In this document: positions 39,360 to 40,492 of the stretch, piece after piece | How the letters are laid out: every line of letters begins with the position of its first letter | How positions within the stretch are numbered: the first letter of the stretch is position 1 | Origin: a virus | Lineage: Duplodnaviria > Heunggongvirae > Uroviricota > Caudoviricetes | Length of the DNA stretch: 40,492 nt | Virus record (IMG/VR): IMGVR_UViG_2541047891_000004 | Span: 1 to 40,492 of that record | Strand: one strand, 5' to 3' | Program-made: the position numbers and the translations under genes | The notes under the pieces: generated by a model | What the model was told of the DNA's origin: nothing | What the model saw: only the letters and a program-made list of their open reading frames with translations | Database searches by the model: none

Positions 39360-39904
39360 AAACGGGAGCCGAAGCTATCCGGGCGCTGGCCACGCAGCTA
39401 CCGTCGTTTCGCCAGAAACTGAATGAGGGCTGGTATCAGGTGCGCATTGCCGGGCGTGATGCAGGCGAAAACGAATTATCTGCCCGTCTTAATGAACCGC
39501 TGGCAAATGGTGCCGTGATCCACATCGTACCGCGTCTGGCGGGTGCCAAAAGTGGCGGTGTTTTTCAGGTGGTGCTGGGGGCGGCGCTGATGGCTGTGGC
39601 ATGGTGGAACCCTGTGGGCTGGCTGGGAGCCGCGGCTGTATCGGGTATGTATGCAGCAGGGGCCAGTATGATCCTGGGCGGTGTGGCCCAGATGCTGGCA
39701 CCGAAAGCCCGGACGCCCACAGCGACCAGCACGGATAACGGTAAGCAGAACACCTATTTCTCATCACTGGATAACATGGTTGCCCAGGGCAATGTTCTGC
39801 CTGTTCTGTACGGTGAAATGCGCGTGGGGTCGCGGGTGGCTTCTCAGGAGATCAGCACGGCAGACGAGGGGGACGGTGGTCAGGTTGTGGTGATTGGTCG
39901 TTGA
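39257..39904 (+). CDS. I: Tail assembly protein I (215 aa)
   Basis: MAATHTLPLASPGMARICLYGDLQRFGRRIDLRVKTGAEAIRALATQLP recognised as lambda I-like. Confidence 0.8.
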   Translation: MAATHTLPLASPGMARICLYGDLQRFGRRIDLRVKTGAEAIRALATQLPSFRQKLNEGWYQVRIAGRDAGENELSARLNEPLANGAVIHIVPRLAGAKSGGVFQVVLGAALMAVAWWNPVGWLGAAAVSGMYAAGASMILGGVAQMLAPKARTPTATSTDNGKQNTYFSSLDNMVAQGNVLPVLYGEMRVGSRVASQEISTADEGDGGQVVVIGR

Positions 39905-39964
39905 TGAAAAACGTTTTATGTGAAACCGCCTCAGGGCGGTTTTGTCGTTTCTGGAGCGTGAGGA

Positions 39965-40492
39965 ATGGGTAAAGGCAGCAGTAAGGGGCATACCCCGCGC
40001 GAAGCGAAGGACAACCTGAAGTCCTCCCAGATGCTGAGCGTGATAGACGCCATCAGTGAAGGGCCGATTGAAGGTCCGGTGGACGGATTAAAAAGTGTGC
40101 TGCTGAACAGTACGCCAGTGCTGGACAGTGAGGGGAATACCAATATCTCCGGTGTCACGGTGGTTTTCCGGGCAGGTGAGCAGGAGCAGACACCGCCGGA
40201 GGGATTTGAATCCTCCGGCTCCGAGACGGTGCTGGGTACGGAAGTGAAGTACGACACGCCGATTACCCGGACCATCACGTCTGCAAACATCGACCGTCTG
40301 CGCTTTACCTTCGGTGTGCAGGCACTGGTGGAAACCACCTCAAAGGGGGACCGGAATCCGTCGGAAGTCCGCCTGCTGGTTCAGATACAGCGTAACGGTG
40401 GCTGGGTGACGGAAAAAGACATCACCATTAAAGGCAAAACCACCTCACAGTATCTGGCATCGGTGGTGGTGGGTAACCTGCCGCCGCGCCCG
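39965..40492 (+). CDS. J: Tail tip / host specificity protein J, 5' partial (first 176 codons)
   Basis: MGKGSSKGHTPREAKDNLKS... recognised as lambda J N-terminus; not in the ORF track because it has no stop. Confidence 0.85.
   Translation, partial: MGKGSSKGHTPREAKDNLKSSQMLSVIDAISEGPIEGPVDGLKSVLLNSTPVLDSEGNTNISGVTVVFRAGEQEQTPPEGFESSGSETVLGTEVKYDTPITRTITSANIDRLRFTFGVQALVETTSKGDRNPSEVRLLVQIQRNGGWVTEKDITIKGKTTSQYLASVVVGNLPPRP

Noticed and set aside
39931-40338. 135-aa minus-strand ORF at the right end
   Set aside because: Antisense to tail gene J, whose N-terminus is unmistakably lambda J-like on the plus strand

Overview
The window is almost entirely one lambdoid prophage of the Rac type, read left to right from the integrase stop codon (position 1) to the 5' part of tail gene J (runs off the right end). 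Order: int-xis, ydaC, lar, recT, recE, racC, ydaE, kilR (minus strand); sieB; ydaF/ydaG; repressor racR flanked by mirror-image operator clusters; ydaS (cro-like), ydaT, ydaU, ydaV replication genes; a nin-like block of small genes with a small putative DNA methyltransferase; an AT-rich accessory island with a caspase-like cysteine peptidase and a hok type I toxin; ybcO-like and Q-like genes; two tRNAs (Thr-UGU, Gly-UCC); a lysis cassette with a GH108 endolysin; a ParB-like plus glycosyltransferase-like pair; terminase, portal, head genes; and a lambda-like tail (major tail, G/GT frameshift, tape measure, M, L, K, I, J). No CRISPR array, rRNA or transposase was seen. The best candidate for an undescribed system is the AT-rich two-gene module at 14.7-16.0 kb, with the ParB-like/glycosyltransferase-like pair at 21.6-23.4 kb second. 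All calls rest on reading the translations and motifs by eye; no database search or computation was run.
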